Shown here: in pieces, positions 1 to 9,429 of the stretch | Position numbering within the stretch: the stretch's first letter is position 1 | Layout: each line of letters begins with the position of its first letter | Origin: a virus | Taxonomy: Duplodnaviria; Caudoviricetes | IMG/VR virus record: IMGVR_UViG_3300014204_000127 | Span: 49,898 to 113,897 of that record | Direction: 5' to 3' (one strand) | Length of the DNA: 64,000 bases | Position numbers and translations under genes: made by a program | The notes under the pieces: generated by a model | What the model saw: only the letters and a program-made list of their open reading frames with translations | The model's database searches: none | What the model was told of the DNA's origin: nothing

Positions 1-1007
1 AAAACTATATAAGGACATATGGGCACCCCGATATAATAAAAATAAGAAAAACATTCACTACCGCAAAAAAAGCCATGAAGTGGGAAAGAACTGTTCTTCA
101 TCGGATAGATGCCAAGAACAGAGAAGACTTTTTAAACAAATCCAATGGGGTTGTCACCTCCTATGATAAAGAACATTGGATAAAAAAAGCTAGAGATAAT
201 AGAAGAAAATGGGAAAACTTGTCAGAAGAAGAGAAAGAAAAGATAAGAAGAGAGCGTTCAGAAAGAACCATAAATGCATGGAAAAATATGAATCCTGAAA
301 AAAGAATGCAGATTAAAAAGGAAATTGATGAAAAAAGAAAAAAACGGAGGGGGTTACTGACAGAAGAAGACCTTTTAAAAACAAAAAGAAAAAAACAAGA
401 AGCATGGGATAGGGATGGAAAAAGAGAGATACATTCTCTAAAGATGAAAGAAATAGGGAAGAAGTTGGAGGCCAAAAAAACAGAGAAGCAAAAGCAGGAA
501 TTTAAATTGATATGTAAAAAAGCATATGAAAACATAACAGATGAAAGAAAAAAAGAGATAAGTGAAAAAAGGAGCAAAACTTTAAAAGAATGGCATAAAA
601 ACATGCCCGAAGAAAAGAAGAGAGAAAGAATAGAAAAAATGAAAAAATATAAAGCGGAACACCCCCGCAGAACCATGTACAAGGAAGAAAATAATAAAAT
701 AATCATAAAAAGGGTATTAAAAGAACAAGTAGAAGAATATCTAAAAAATGGGTGGATTTTGGGAATAAAAAGACCCAACGCCAAACCGGTGAGTATGGAA
801 CAACTAAGGAGTATGGGACTAAAAGGGGGAGGGGTGCAAAGGGATAAAGCAATAAAAAGACATGAGGAATACTTTGCAATTTTTATACAAAATGACAAGG
901 ACTTTAAAAAATTTAAAGATATTTCTGGATATAAGCAACCGTGGAACTATTTTAAGAACAATTTATTAAAATATAAAACATGTTCCGAGGAAGACTTACT
1001 ATCATAG
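1..1007 (+). pseudogene. Seg-like GIY-YIG homing endonuclease, 5'-truncated by the window, with an in-frame TAA at 36-38; the ORF from 75 encodes the Lys/Arg/Glu-rich NUMOD-like region
   Basis: Frame from nt 3 reads NYIRTYGHPDI*KIRKTFTTAKKAMKWERTVLHRIDAKNREDFLNKSNG, resembling the distal part of Seg-type GIY-YIG domains; followed by charged helical repeats. Confidence 0.6.
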
Positions 1008-1132
1008 TCTGATTCCTCTGTATTACAGCCATATGCCATACTGCCCATTATTGTGGCATAATGCACGTTATCCACAAGGAACTTTGGAGGATGTATCTTA
1101 TTTTCATTTTGTAGATTTTTAAGTAGTTTCAT
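947..1132 (-). pseudogene. N-terminal fragment of a pol-beta-type nucleotidyltransferase, broken just after the catalytic motif
   Basis: IMGSMAYGCNTEESDYD matches GSxAYGxxxxxSDxD; apparent homology ends near nt 1001, where the antisense endonuclease begins. Confidence 0.7.
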
Positions 1133-1137
1133 GTAAT

Positions 1138-1632
1138 TTATTCCACTACTTTGACATTCTGTTTAATAAGTTTAACGGTATTTTCAAATGCTTTCATAAG
1201 CAATTCGGGTTTGATTTCTAAAGGGTACACATTGCTAGCTCTTGCCATTCCAGCCATTACGCAATCCACAATAAGTTCAAGTACATCAACAAGATTTACA
1301 TCATCCCTAATACCGTCTTCTTGTAAAATGTGATGCCTATTGACTTTCCTGTGGTTGTCCCACCATCTAGTTTCTTTAAAGCCTGTTTGAAAATCCTTCA
1401 AGAACCTGTCAATTTCTGAAAGTTTATCAAAATCATGCGATTGTCCGGCATCATGCAGCATCTTTTTAAAGAATTCCATACCCTTTTGAACATCTTTGAT
1501 ATGGGATATAGAACTGTTTTCAAGTGTCTCTTTCTCCACTTTATTCCAATCACATGTTCTTGTATCCGCTGTAGGTGACTTTTTAATCTCAATCATAATT
1601 TTTTCCTCAATAATTGTTAAACCAATTGCCAA
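1138..1632 (-). CDS. DUF5662-like HD-related phage protein (start may be ~1596)
   Basis: SHDFDKLS...HRKVNRHH...DVLELIVDCVMAG motifs. Confidence 0.6.
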   Translation of the reverse strand: MAIGLTIIEEKIMIEIKKSPTADTRTCDWNKVEKETLENSSISHIKDVQKGMEFFKKMLHDAGQSHDFDKLSEIDRFLKDFQTGFKETRWWDNHRKVNRHHILQEDGIRDDVNLVDVLELIVDCVMAGMARASNVYPLEIKPELLMKAFENTVKLIKQNVKVVE

Positions 1633-2248
1633 TTCTTTTCATTATTGGCAACAATTGTCCAGTTTCTATATCCACATTCTTATTATTCAGCATGTGCTGC
1701 TTAATCTCATCATAGGAAAAAGGTTCCATATTTTTATGACAATCTATGCCAACTTCCATAGATAGTCTGTTTTTTGGTGTAATATGCTTGCCGTGCGAGT
1801 GCCCAAACACATGCCATGTACCATAATGCATCTTATTCCAGGTATCAAGACAATAATGGCAACATTCTATACTTTTCCATCCACTTTTAAAACTTTCGTC
1901 CTTTATTTTGAAAGTTCGTATCTGAGAATAGCTTATAAATTCATTTCTAAGACTATACATAATATCATCATGGTTGCCCTCAATAAAATGAATTCTGCCA
2001 TTAAGGGAATGAATTAGTTCTCTAGCCATTTCCTTTTTGTTATCATTAAGCCAACAAAAATCACCCAAAAAGACTACAAGAGCATTTTCAGGAACTTTGG
2101 CATTCCATATGTCAACAAGTTCGGTATTCATTTCATACTCATCTTCAAACACCCTATTAGGACAGAAATCAAGTATCCTTCTGTGATAAAAGTGTGTATC
2201 AGAAGTAAAATATATAGGTTCGTCAACTTTTGTAAGGTTTCTGCTCAT
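1607..2248 (-). CDS. Calcineurin-like metallophosphoesterase
   Basis: SDTHFYH, LGDF, GNHD, GHSH motifs. Confidence 0.9.
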   Translation of the reverse strand: MSRNLTKVDEPIYFTSDTHFYHRRILDFCPNRVFEDEYEMNTELVDIWNAKVPENALVVFLGDFCWLNDNKKEMARELIHSLNGRIHFIEGNHDDIMYSLRNEFISYSQIRTFKIKDESFKSGWKSIECCHYCLDTWNKMHYGTWHVFGHSHGKHITPKNRLSMEVGIDCHKNMEPFSYDEIKQHMLNNKNVDIETGQLLPIMKRIGNWFNNY

Positions 2249-2439
2249 TTTTTACCAGTCTTAAATGTTTCGCAAAGGTTTATAAGTACCTCTGCTTCAT
2301 ATATACTATCTACCATAACTTCAATAAAACAATTTCCATATCTTAGAGCATGGGAAACAAAAGTAATTTCCCTACTGGTGGGTTCTCTACCTAGAAAGAA
2401 TTCAAGTTCTGTTTTAATTTTATCGTCATCTACTATCAT
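2245..2439 (-). CDS. hypothetical protein
   Basis: Co-oriented ORF with ATGA overlap and upstream AGGAG. Confidence 0.6.
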   Translation of the reverse strand: MIVDDDKIKTELEFFLGREPTSREITFVSHALRYGNCFIEVMVDSIYEAEVLINLCETFKTGKK

Positions 2440-2464
2440 AATAAATAAGTATACTCCTCTTTCA

Positions 2465-3895
2465 TTAGAAAGTCAAGTATTTTTCAGCATATCTTTTATC
2501 ATGTTTTTCTATTTCCCTTATGCCTGATGATGATATATGTTCATATTCTGGCTTTGAAAAATAATAGGCAAATTTGATATTTGGAAGGATATCTTTGCAA
2601 TACTTGGCAAAATCCTTTTCATATTCATAATCTTTAACATTTCTTATGCCTCGTATAATAGTAACATCATAGGGCAAAGTAGCAAGATAATCAACCAACA
2701 TACCACTATATGTTGTATACTCATAACTATTTATAACAATATCTGGTATAGGATATGATGGTGTTTGTTTTGCATCATTACACCCCCTGCTTACTATTAC
2801 TTTATCAAAATCCTGCTCTGCCTGTGTCAAAATATCATAATGCCCTATATGAAATGGATTAAAACTTCCTACAAACATACCAATTTTGTATCGTCTGTTG
2901 TTAATATAAGCAACCAACTTTTGCACATTTTCACAAATAATTGGCCTATTTTCAGCAGCCTTCAAAACCGATTCTAAAAATTTAATTCTTTCTTTTTTAT
3001 AAACATCCAAATGACATTTGGAAAATTCTGTAAATATGTTTCTCTCATATTTATACAGTTGTTCATCATTTTCCTCAAGAAACACATGCCAGTCAAGTGC
3101 CTGAATTTGGTTCATATTATTAAAATCAGGGATTCCCTTAGTGGACATAATTAAATTAACCATATCATCTACTTCTGGACACCCACCATACTTTGATTTA
3201 ACAACATTTGTCGCATAATCTTCATGGGAAGCCCCATACACTCGTTTGGCATAGCATATATCATGATAAATAATGGCATGTACCAATGCTATGTCCAATG
3301 ATGACATTTTTGACAACATTTTCATAGGGTGTATTATGTTGTGATAAGCATTATCAACCAGTGCTTTGTTTCTGGTATATTCTGCAAATAACAAGGGAAA
3401 TGTGGCAAATGCCGTTTTGGTAGTCACCTGATTATAAACAGGGAAATCCTTCTGAAGTTCCAACATATTGGCTACAAAATTGTCAGAATGCTTGTAAGGT
3501 TTCTGTATCTCGCCAACTATCGTAAAAATATCAGTACAAAGATTTTGTAATCTGATATCCTGATGAATATTGGCACATTCTATTAGAATATAGTTGCGCT
3601 TGGTTTCGGTTACTAGAGTAAATATCTCGGAAAACATGGAGGTCTTTATTTTGCTAAGTACTTTATTAATAAGTTCTTGTGTTTCTATTGCAAGAGTTTC
3701 TTTAAATATATTAGGATATCTTTGCAGATACCCCTTTATTTCCCCAACTTCATGCATATCTTTTGTATACTTCTTGGCAATACTATCACAATCTATGTGC
3801 AGTACAGAGTCAAATGCAGACAGTTTTTTGCACAAAGTGCTCTTTCCACTGCCCATTTTACCATTAATTCCAATAATTATTTTATCTTTAATCAT
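2465..3895 (-). CDS. Fusion: dephospho-CoA kinase (CoaE)-like + HD-like domain + phosphopantetheine adenylyltransferase (CoaD)
   Basis: N-term IGINGKMGSGKST...IDCDSIAK; middle YHNIIH...IIYHD; C-term GSFNPFHIGH, IIRGIRNVKDYEYE, HISSSGIRE. Confidence 0.85.
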   Translation of the reverse strand: MIKDKIIIGINGKMGSGKSTLCKKLSAFDSVLHIDCDSIAKKYTKDMHEVGEIKGYLQRYPNIFKETLAIETQELINKVLSKIKTSMFSEIFTLVTETKRNYILIECANIHQDIRLQNLCTDIFTIVGEIQKPYKHSDNFVANMLELQKDFPVYNQVTTKTAFATFPLLFAEYTRNKALVDNAYHNIIHPMKMLSKMSSLDIALVHAIIYHDICYAKRVYGASHEDYATNVVKSKYGGCPEVDDMVNLIMSTKGIPDFNNMNQIQALDWHVFLEENDEQLYKYERNIFTEFSKCHLDVYKKERIKFLESVLKAAENRPIICENVQKLVAYINNRRYKIGMFVGSFNPFHIGHYDILTQAEQDFDKVIVSRGCNDAKQTPSYPIPDIVINSYEYTTYSGMLVDYLATLPYDVTIIRGIRNVKDYEYEKDFAKYCKDILPNIKFAYYFSKPEYEHISSSGIREIEKHDKRYAEKYLTF

Positions 3896-4269
3896 TCCAA
3901 AATACCTCTTTTATGTTCGATTATCTGCATTTTGCCCCCAAATCCATTTTTAATAGCCGGAATAACATCATATGGGTTCTTTGTTCCACACAAAAATACA
4001 TCCAATGCCGCATAATTTATTTCAGGCCACGTATGTATACTAATATGGGATTCGCTTAGTATACCTACACTGGTTAGTCCGGAATCTTCTCCAAAATGAT
4101 GTGTATGAATGTGTAGCAATGTTGCATCAGCATCTTTAATTGCCTGTTTTAATACCAATTCCACATGTTCAACATTATTAAGATTCTTTGCATCCCATAG
4201 TTCTATAATAAGGTGTCTGCCTGCAAAATAATGATGTGCATCCTTGCCTATGTATTTTTTGTCTTTCAT
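3892..4269 (-). CDS. speD: S-adenosylmethionine decarboxylase proenzyme
   Basis: GRHLIIEL...LSESHISIHTWPE...LDVFLCG. Confidence 0.93.
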   Translation of the reverse strand: MKDKKYIGKDAHHYFAGRHLIIELWDAKNLNNVEHVELVLKQAIKDADATLLHIHTHHFGEDSGLTSVGILSESHISIHTWPEINYAALDVFLCGTKNPYDVIPAIKNGFGGKMQIIEHKRGILE

Positions 4270-4272
4270 TTT

Positions 4273-5511
4273 TTATCCTTTTAAAAATTCTATTATATCA
4301 CAAAGTTTTTTATTTTCAAGCACCATATTCTGCAATTCTGCTACAGTTGTTTGTTTTTTTATCTCAAACTTACCATATTTTTCATTTGTAAAGAAGGATT
4401 TGGCAAACTGTTTAAAAATTTCAAAAGTTACATATGAAACATGCACCTTTAAGTCTATTCTGCCTGGCCTGAGCAAAGCAGGGTCAAGTTTATCTATATG
4501 ATTTGTGGTAGCAATTAGTATCCTGCCATGTGATGAAAACAACCCATCAAGGGAGTTCAATATACTAGATATATTTAAAAGGCTATCCACAAATCCAGTC
4601 CTATCCTCTTGTTCGGTATTATAAACCTCTTTGACTATATGTGGGTTTTCTGGTGTTGTTAATCGTTTTTCTTTTCTTTTATGAGTTATTTTATTACCAT
4701 CTATATCTTCTATGACCAGTATAGACTTGTCTGGCAATCTGGACACTAATCCTCCTATTTTATAAAGACTGTCACAATCAAGATAGTATATGGCATAGTC
4801 AAGATAAGATGCAATTGCTTTTATAAGGCTTGTCTTTCCTGTTCCGGGTTCCCCATACAATAGTATACCAAGTTGATAGGGGATGCCCTTATCGGTATAC
4901 CATTTCTCATTTTTTACAAAAGAATCTATTCTGCTTACAATACTGTTCCTTTTTTCTTTTTCCAGAAAAATGGTATTAAAATCCCTTTTATTGATGTCTC
5001 TAACGTAGTACCAATCCCCACTGTTTCCCTTATTTATCTGAAGAATCTTACTGTTTTTCTTTTCAGATACAATAAATTCCTTCATAAGATTATCAAATAT
5101 TTTATGGCTTCTACCTAGTTTCTTTATTGCCAGAGTTTCTTTATCATATTCCGCTATACTCTGTGCATCTTTTGACAATGCTACTAATAATATTGTTCTA
5201 TGATATACAATAAAATGTACACCGTATCCGAAAGATTTAGTTGTTTTGCTATCCCTGCCCCAACGTCCATTAGTTAGTTTTATGGTTCTGTAATTTTTGT
5301 TTCTAAACTCATTTTCAAACCACTTTAATGCCAGATGGTATATATCATTCTGGCTGGTCAATGTAAGAGTTGTGGTAAAATAACGAAGAAATAGATTATA
5401 TATCTTGGTGGGCACATTTCTTAATAGGAATGTCAAAACACCTGCACCATATAGGCTTATCAATGACAAAGCTATTGGATTGCTTTTAAATGCTTCTACT
5501 ATTTCGTGCAT
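4273..5511 (-). CDS. BCS1-like AAA+ ATPase with N-terminal TM segment
   Basis: GIPYQLGILLYGEPGTGKTS, VIEDID, LNSLDG, TTNHIDKLDPALLRPGRID. Confidence 0.9.
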   Translation of the reverse strand: MHEIVEAFKSNPIALSLISLYGAGVLTFLLRNVPTKIYNLFLRYFTTTLTLTSQNDIYHLALKWFENEFRNKNYRTIKLTNGRWGRDSKTTKSFGYGVHFIVYHRTILLVALSKDAQSIAEYDKETLAIKKLGRSHKIFDNLMKEFIVSEKKNSKILQINKGNSGDWYYVRDINKRDFNTIFLEKEKRNSIVSRIDSFVKNEKWYTDKGIPYQLGILLYGEPGTGKTSLIKAIASYLDYAIYYLDCDSLYKIGGLVSRLPDKSILVIEDIDGNKITHKRKEKRLTTPENPHIVKEVYNTEQEDRTGFVDSLLNISSILNSLDGLFSSHGRILIATTNHIDKLDPALLRPGRIDLKVHVSYVTFEIFKQFAKSFFTNEKYGKFEIKKQTTVAELQNMVLENKKLCDIIEFLKG

Positions 5512-6185
5512 TATTTCAGCCTTTCTGTACCATATTCAGTAGTATGTTCCAATTCTTTTTTTAATGTGCCCATAATGGTCTTTTTCATGTTCTCAAAAAA
5601 AGTGCGAAGTTCTCCTAATGATGTTGTATAATTTCTAATTGTTTCTTTTACTTCAATATTATATCCATTGCCAATCCATTTATACTCTGATGCAGTTTCT
5701 TTTGTAACAAAGGTATCCAGCGACAGTCTGGAGCAGCATGTCAAAACCCCTTTTTGGGGATCTTCTACATTTGATTTGGCAAAAAGACTCACAGAAGGTG
5801 TATTGGTATCCTCTTTGCCCCAATATTCATCCTCTTTACACAAAAGCCTTTCTATATTTGTATCATTTCCAAAAAATGCCCCCATTGCATTTGAAAAGCA
5901 ACTTTTAAACTCAGCACCACCATCATCATAACTTATACCTCCAACTCCTTTTGCATAGTGTTTTGGATTTTTATTTTTTAGTCCCCATTTTGCAAAACCA
6001 AACACGGAAAAACAATGTGGGTAAATATTTATCTTTGTACTGAGAACACCCTTTGGAATCAAGAAAGAATAAAATATTTTAGATATCTTTGCATCATTAA
6101 TATTCCAGATTTGTTTAGAATTCCTAAGTGTACCCCCCATTAGAAGTGTGGTGGTATTAGTAGAATCCTTTACATTATATCTCAT
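5511..6185 (-). CDS. hypothetical protein; C-terminus duplicates that of the upstream deaminase
   Basis: 224 aa ORF ending TTEYGTERLK vs TTEYGIERLK. Confidence 0.7.
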   Translation of the reverse strand: MRYNVKDSTNTTTLLMGGTLRNSKQIWNINDAKISKIFYSFLIPKGVLSTKINIYPHCFSVFGFAKWGLKNKNPKHYAKGVGGISYDDGGAEFKSCFSNAMGAFFGNDTNIERLLCKEDEYWGKEDTNTPSVSLFAKSNVEDPQKGVLTCCSRLSLDTFVTKETASEYKWIGNGYNIEVKETIRNYTTSLGELRTFFENMKKTIMGTLKKELEHTTEYGTERLK

Positions 6186-6221
6186 TTTATTTCAGCCTTT
6201 CTATACCATATTCGGTAGTAT
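5511..6221. repeat. 35-bp direct repeat (33/35 identical) at 5511-5545 and 6187-6221
   Basis: ttatttcagcctttctRtaccatattcRgtagtat. Confidence 0.9.
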
Positions 6222-6564
6222 AATATACTGGAAAATCCCAATTTTTAAGCAATATCTGACATTTTATACAAGGTTTTGCTATCGCAATAGTCTTTGTTTC
6301 TTTCTTATAACGCAGTACAAACATATTAAGATTATTATACCTGCGGTTCAAGCACATTTTATATGCCTTTGATATAACCACTTCCTCGGCATGAATAGTA
6401 AATTTACCTGAATTCGTGTTTCTATAAAACCTTGTATTACAAGCTGTTGCAAGAATTTCACCCCTGTCTGTATAAATAACAGCAGCAACCTTTCCCCGTC
6501 GTACATTGGATGTTACTGCTGTTTCTATTGCCTTATTCACGATGTTTTTGTTTATCTTTATCAT
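6187..6564 (-). CDS. Zn-dependent cytidine/dCMP deaminase-family protein
   Basis: IHAEE...AKPCIKCQ. Confidence 0.85.
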   Translation of the reverse strand: MIKINKNIVNKAIETAVTSNVRRGKVAAVIYTDRGEILATACNTRFYRNTNSGKFTIHAEEVVISKAYKMCLNRRYNNLNMFVLRYKKETKTIAIAKPCIKCQILLKNWDFPVYYTTEYGIERLK

Positions 6565-6574
6565 AAGACAAACA

Positions 6575-6603
6575 AGTATATCATATTATTTTGGAAATGT
6601 CAA
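6575..6603 (-). promoter_or_regulatory. sigma70-type promoter TTGACA-N17-TATACT
   Basis: Consensus match upstream of the deaminase. Confidence 0.7.
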
Positions 6604-6614
6604 ATAAAATATTC

Positions 6615-7229
6615 TCATAGATTGTAAATATATACCACTTTTCCAGCAGTTTCTTTATAGTATGCTTCACCAGTTGCCAATGCGTCTCTCAATCTAATGG
6701 CATATGGTTTTAGTTTACCCTTATAAAAGGTTCTAATGGCTTTATCATGGTATCTTTTGCCATTGTGTATAATAACTTTTGCACCTTTTATTGTACCCAA
6801 ACACTTAAAATTACTGGCTTTATATATGGTACCCTCGTGTCCATACTCCATATCAGCATATGACACAACAATTCCATCAGATTTCCAGTCCTTTTTTAGC
6901 ATTCGTAGAGCTTTACCTATAAAATAGCTTTCTGTGTTCTTAGGCGTATCATTTATACAACAAAGTCTACGAAGCTCTATTATGTTTTCTGGATTATCAG
7001 TATATTTCTTCCACTGATTTGCCATAGCAAGCCTACCAAAAAACAAAGCCCCCTTTAATACATCTCTATCATAAAGTCCATAACAATAATCAGTTATACA
7101 ACCATTTATTGAGCCAGAGTAATGATTCTTTTCAATAAAAGATTCTATTTCTTTTCTTTCAACTTGTTTTACAATCCATGTACGAAGTTCACTCATTATA
7201 TGTTTTTCATGTTTCCATAAACCATACAA
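6615..7229 (-). CDS. Mom-like GNAT-fold DNA adenine modification protein
   Basis: FIEKNHYS, ELRRLCC, KNTESYFIGKAL, VSYADxxxGHEGTIYKASNF. Confidence 0.8.
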   Translation of the reverse strand: MYGLWKHEKHIMSELRTWIVKQVERKEIESFIEKNHYSGSINGCITDYCYGLYDRDVLKGALFFGRLAMANQWKKYTDNPENIIELRRLCCINDTPKNTESYFIGKALRMLKKDWKSDGIVVSYADMEYGHEGTIYKASNFKCLGTIKGAKVIIHNGKRYHDKAIRTFYKGKLKPYAIRLRDALATGEAYYKETAGKVVYIYNL

Positions 7230-7434
7230 GTTTAGATTAACTTATAAATATAAGCTACTTTAGAAAATAGTCTATTTCGTTCTGTGTTAAATTATCTTTT
7301 GCCATAATATTTGCCCCCCCCTCCATGTACCCAAAAAGGATTTCCATTGGGAGGAATCCATATTCTATACCCACGGGGTTGCATTTTACCTGCTTTTACT
7401 TCTATATCTAGTGAACTCGCCACTGGTATGTTAT

Positions 7435-8094
7435 TCATTTTACTATCTCATATTCCATAAGTGTAGGTCCGTTTGCCATAGCAAAAGCATAAAAACGTTC
7501 TGGGGTGTCTATTAATATGTATCTGGTTTTTCCACTGCGTTTTGATACCTTTTTCTTGTCAGAATAGAACCATTCTACAAAAAATTCAATATCTATACCA
7601 TAAAGATTACATATTGTCTCACAAATAATATCGGATGACAGTTCTATATTACGAACTACATGACTACCCATATCAAACCCAAATTCAATAAGTTCCCTAC
7701 TTTTCTTGTCCAACGTAAGAACATTGTTTAACAGTTCCACAAAGTTTTCCTTTGTGGTAGCATTTGTAATCTCTTTTGTTGATTCCTCACAAGAACTTGC
7801 CGTGATGCCATTAACATTGTTTTTTGTCATTTTTGTTTCCTTTTTCTTTGAATTTTTTATATATCCTTTTTCCTTACACATGGGACTGGAACAAAAATAG
7901 GAGGCGTAATCCCCATTTTTATTTTTGCATAAAACAACCACAGAACCACAAAATGGACAATTTTTTAAGGCAGTCTTTAGTAGAGGTTCTTCCCTCTTTG
8001 TTCTTCCCATTGCCCGTAAAAGTGATGTTTGAAATGATACTACTTCTTTGTGGCCATTATGACTACAGTTTTCATATTCTATTGCTGCTTCCAT
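7435..8094 (-). CDS. hypothetical; Lar-like Zn finger fused in frame to a second gene with its own RBS/ATG at 7830
   Basis: LKNCPFCG...C..PMC; identical 17-bp RBS+ATG (AAAAGGAAACAAAAATG) at 8092-8108 and 7828-7844. Confidence 0.65.
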   Translation of the reverse strand: MEAAIEYENCSHNGHKEVVSFQTSLLRAMGRTKREEPLLKTALKNCPFCGSVVVLCKNKNGDYASYFCSSPMCKEKGYIKNSKKKETKMTKNNVNGITASSCEESTKEITNATTKENFVELLNNVLTLDKKSRELIEFGFDMGSHVVRNIELSSDIICETICNLYGIDIEFFVEWFYSDKKKVSKRSGKTRYILIDTPERFYAFAMANGPTLMEYEIVK

Positions 8095-8116
8095 TTTTGT
8101 TTCCTTTTAATTATAA

Positions 8117-8187
8117 AGCTAGGGGCGGGAATCGAACCCACATCTCCCACTTGTTGTAGGTATTTTTCCGATTTAAACTACCCCAAC
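8117..8187 (-). tRNA. tRNA-like gene with a 5-nt anticodon loop (anticodon unassignable)
   Basis: GTTGGGG/CCCTAGC acceptor stem, GTTT/AAAT D stem with GG in the loop, CCTAC-AACAA-GTGGG arm, GTGGG-TTCGATT-CCCGC T arm; no encoded CCA. Confidence 0.75.
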
Positions 8188-8195
8188 CATGTCAT

Positions 8196-8223
8196 AATAT
8201 ACCACAATATTTTTAAAAAGCAA
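8196..8223 (-). promoter_or_regulatory. promoter TTGCTT-N16-TATATT (extended -10) upstream of the tRNA-like gene
   Basis: Motif ends 9 nt upstream of the predicted tRNA 5' end. Confidence 0.6.
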
Positions 8224-8237
8224 GTACATTTTATAAA

Positions 8238-8420
8238 TTATTTACATTTTTCATAACTATCATACACATCTTTTACAAAAAATCTATATTTTTCTATAAT
8301 ATAATTGAGTTCATGTTCTTTGGCAAACTGTACATAGCTGACTATGTAACCACTATCTAGTTTTTCATGCACGTGTACCATTGTGCCATTTTTTAGATAT
8401 TTTATTGAACTATACAACAT
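8238..8420 (-). CDS. hypothetical protein
   Basis: Co-oriented ORF with AAGGA RBS. Confidence 0.5.
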   Translation of the reverse strand: MLYSSIKYLKNGTMVHVHEKLDSGYIVSYVQFAKEHELNYIIEKYRFFVKDVYDSYEKCK

Positions 8421-8566
8421 CTTTAGATTAAATCCTTATAATAATACAAAAGGTTATATATATTGCACTCACACTTGTCGCCAACAAACCCAGAAAAGAC
8501 ACCATCCACACTGCATAGCAGCACCATATAATAAAATCATCATTCCTAGAAGTATTAACAGATGTT

Positions 8567-9058
8567 TCATTTTCCTGTACTCCCAAAACCCCCTTTTCTG
8601 TCCGTCTTTTGAACTGGTTTTTCGGATATAGTTTCTATGGTTATTTCATTGTTTTTAACAAGCCCCCCCTGACACAAACGGGTTCCTGATTCAATTTCAA
8701 TAAATCTATCAGTAGTATTATACATCTGGACAATCACCTCATGTACATAATCACTATCAATTATACCCACAGAATTGGCCAAAATAAGTCCTGTCTTTAG
8801 AGGCGTGCTACTGCGTACATACATTTTTACATGATATCCCTTTGGAATATCAAAAATATATCCAGTTGGTATAAGACAAATAGACTGAGGAGGGAGGCTG
8901 AAAATATATTTTCCATTTTTCAAATGTATTAATCCCCTTCCCTTTATTTCCGAATTGGTGTTAAAATTAACAGGAATATCAAAACATGCTGAACCCTGTG
9001 TGGCTATTTTGGGTGTTTCTATACCCCCAAGCAATTTATAAACCTTTAGTGTATCCAT
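8567..9058 (-). CDS. dut: Trimeric dUTPase
   Basis: GSACFD, RSS, GIIDSDY, RLCQG, RKGGFGSTG. Confidence 0.95.
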   Translation of the reverse strand: MDTLKVYKLLGGIETPKIATQGSACFDIPVNFNTNSEIKGRGLIHLKNGKYIFSLPPQSICLIPTGYIFDIPKGYHVKMYVRSSTPLKTGLILANSVGIIDSDYVHEVIVQMYNTTDRFIEIESGTRLCQGGLVKNNEITIETISEKPVQKTDRKGGFGSTGK

Positions 9059-9065
9059 AGTTATA

Positions 9066-9416
9066 TCAATTTTCCTTTCCTACTATTTTTACTTTATATC
9101 CCAATTCTTTACTTATTTCATTAACAGTCATTTCTTTTATGGGGTCAGGTTTTGGAGAGGCACCATCAAGTTCATGTGCGTGTTCTAGTACCCAATATGG
9201 GGAAACCACATAGCAATTTTCTGCGCTTCCATCCCATATTTTAAAAACCATACCACCACGCAAACTACACGAATTAAGCCATATAAATTTTATATCGTCT
9301 CGTAAATATGTTCCGGCATGTGGAATGTGCCATGCGAATCCAGCACTAAACAATGCCTCTTGGACTTTTTTAGATAATTCCTCATCTTTTCCAATGGGTA
9401 TAAAATATTCTTTCAT
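9066..9416 (-). CDS. hypothetical protein flanked by 17-bp direct repeats
   Basis: atatcaattttcctttc at 9063-9079 and 9415-9431. Confidence 0.7.
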   Translation of the reverse strand: MKEYFIPIGKDEELSKKVQEALFSAGFAWHIPHAGTYLRDDIKFIWLNSCSLRGGMVFKIWDGSAENCYVVSPYWVLEHAHELDGASPKPDPIKEMTVNEISKELGYKVKIVGKEN

Positions 9417-9429
9417 ATCAATTTTCCTT

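Noticed and set aside
161-898. 245-aa hydrophobic minus-strand ORF
   Set aside because: Antisense shadow of the A-rich Lys/Glu-coding endonuclease gene.
940-1010. Group I intron 5' splice site after the NTase GAT codon
   Set aside because: The exon would end in U, but no convincing P1 U-G pair or catalytic core is visible, and the endonuclease stop lies inside the exon.
7232-7262. KVAYIYKLI* resembling the Mom-like gene's C-terminus (KVVYIYNL*)
   Set aside because: Too short and AT-rich to support a duplicated-end claim.
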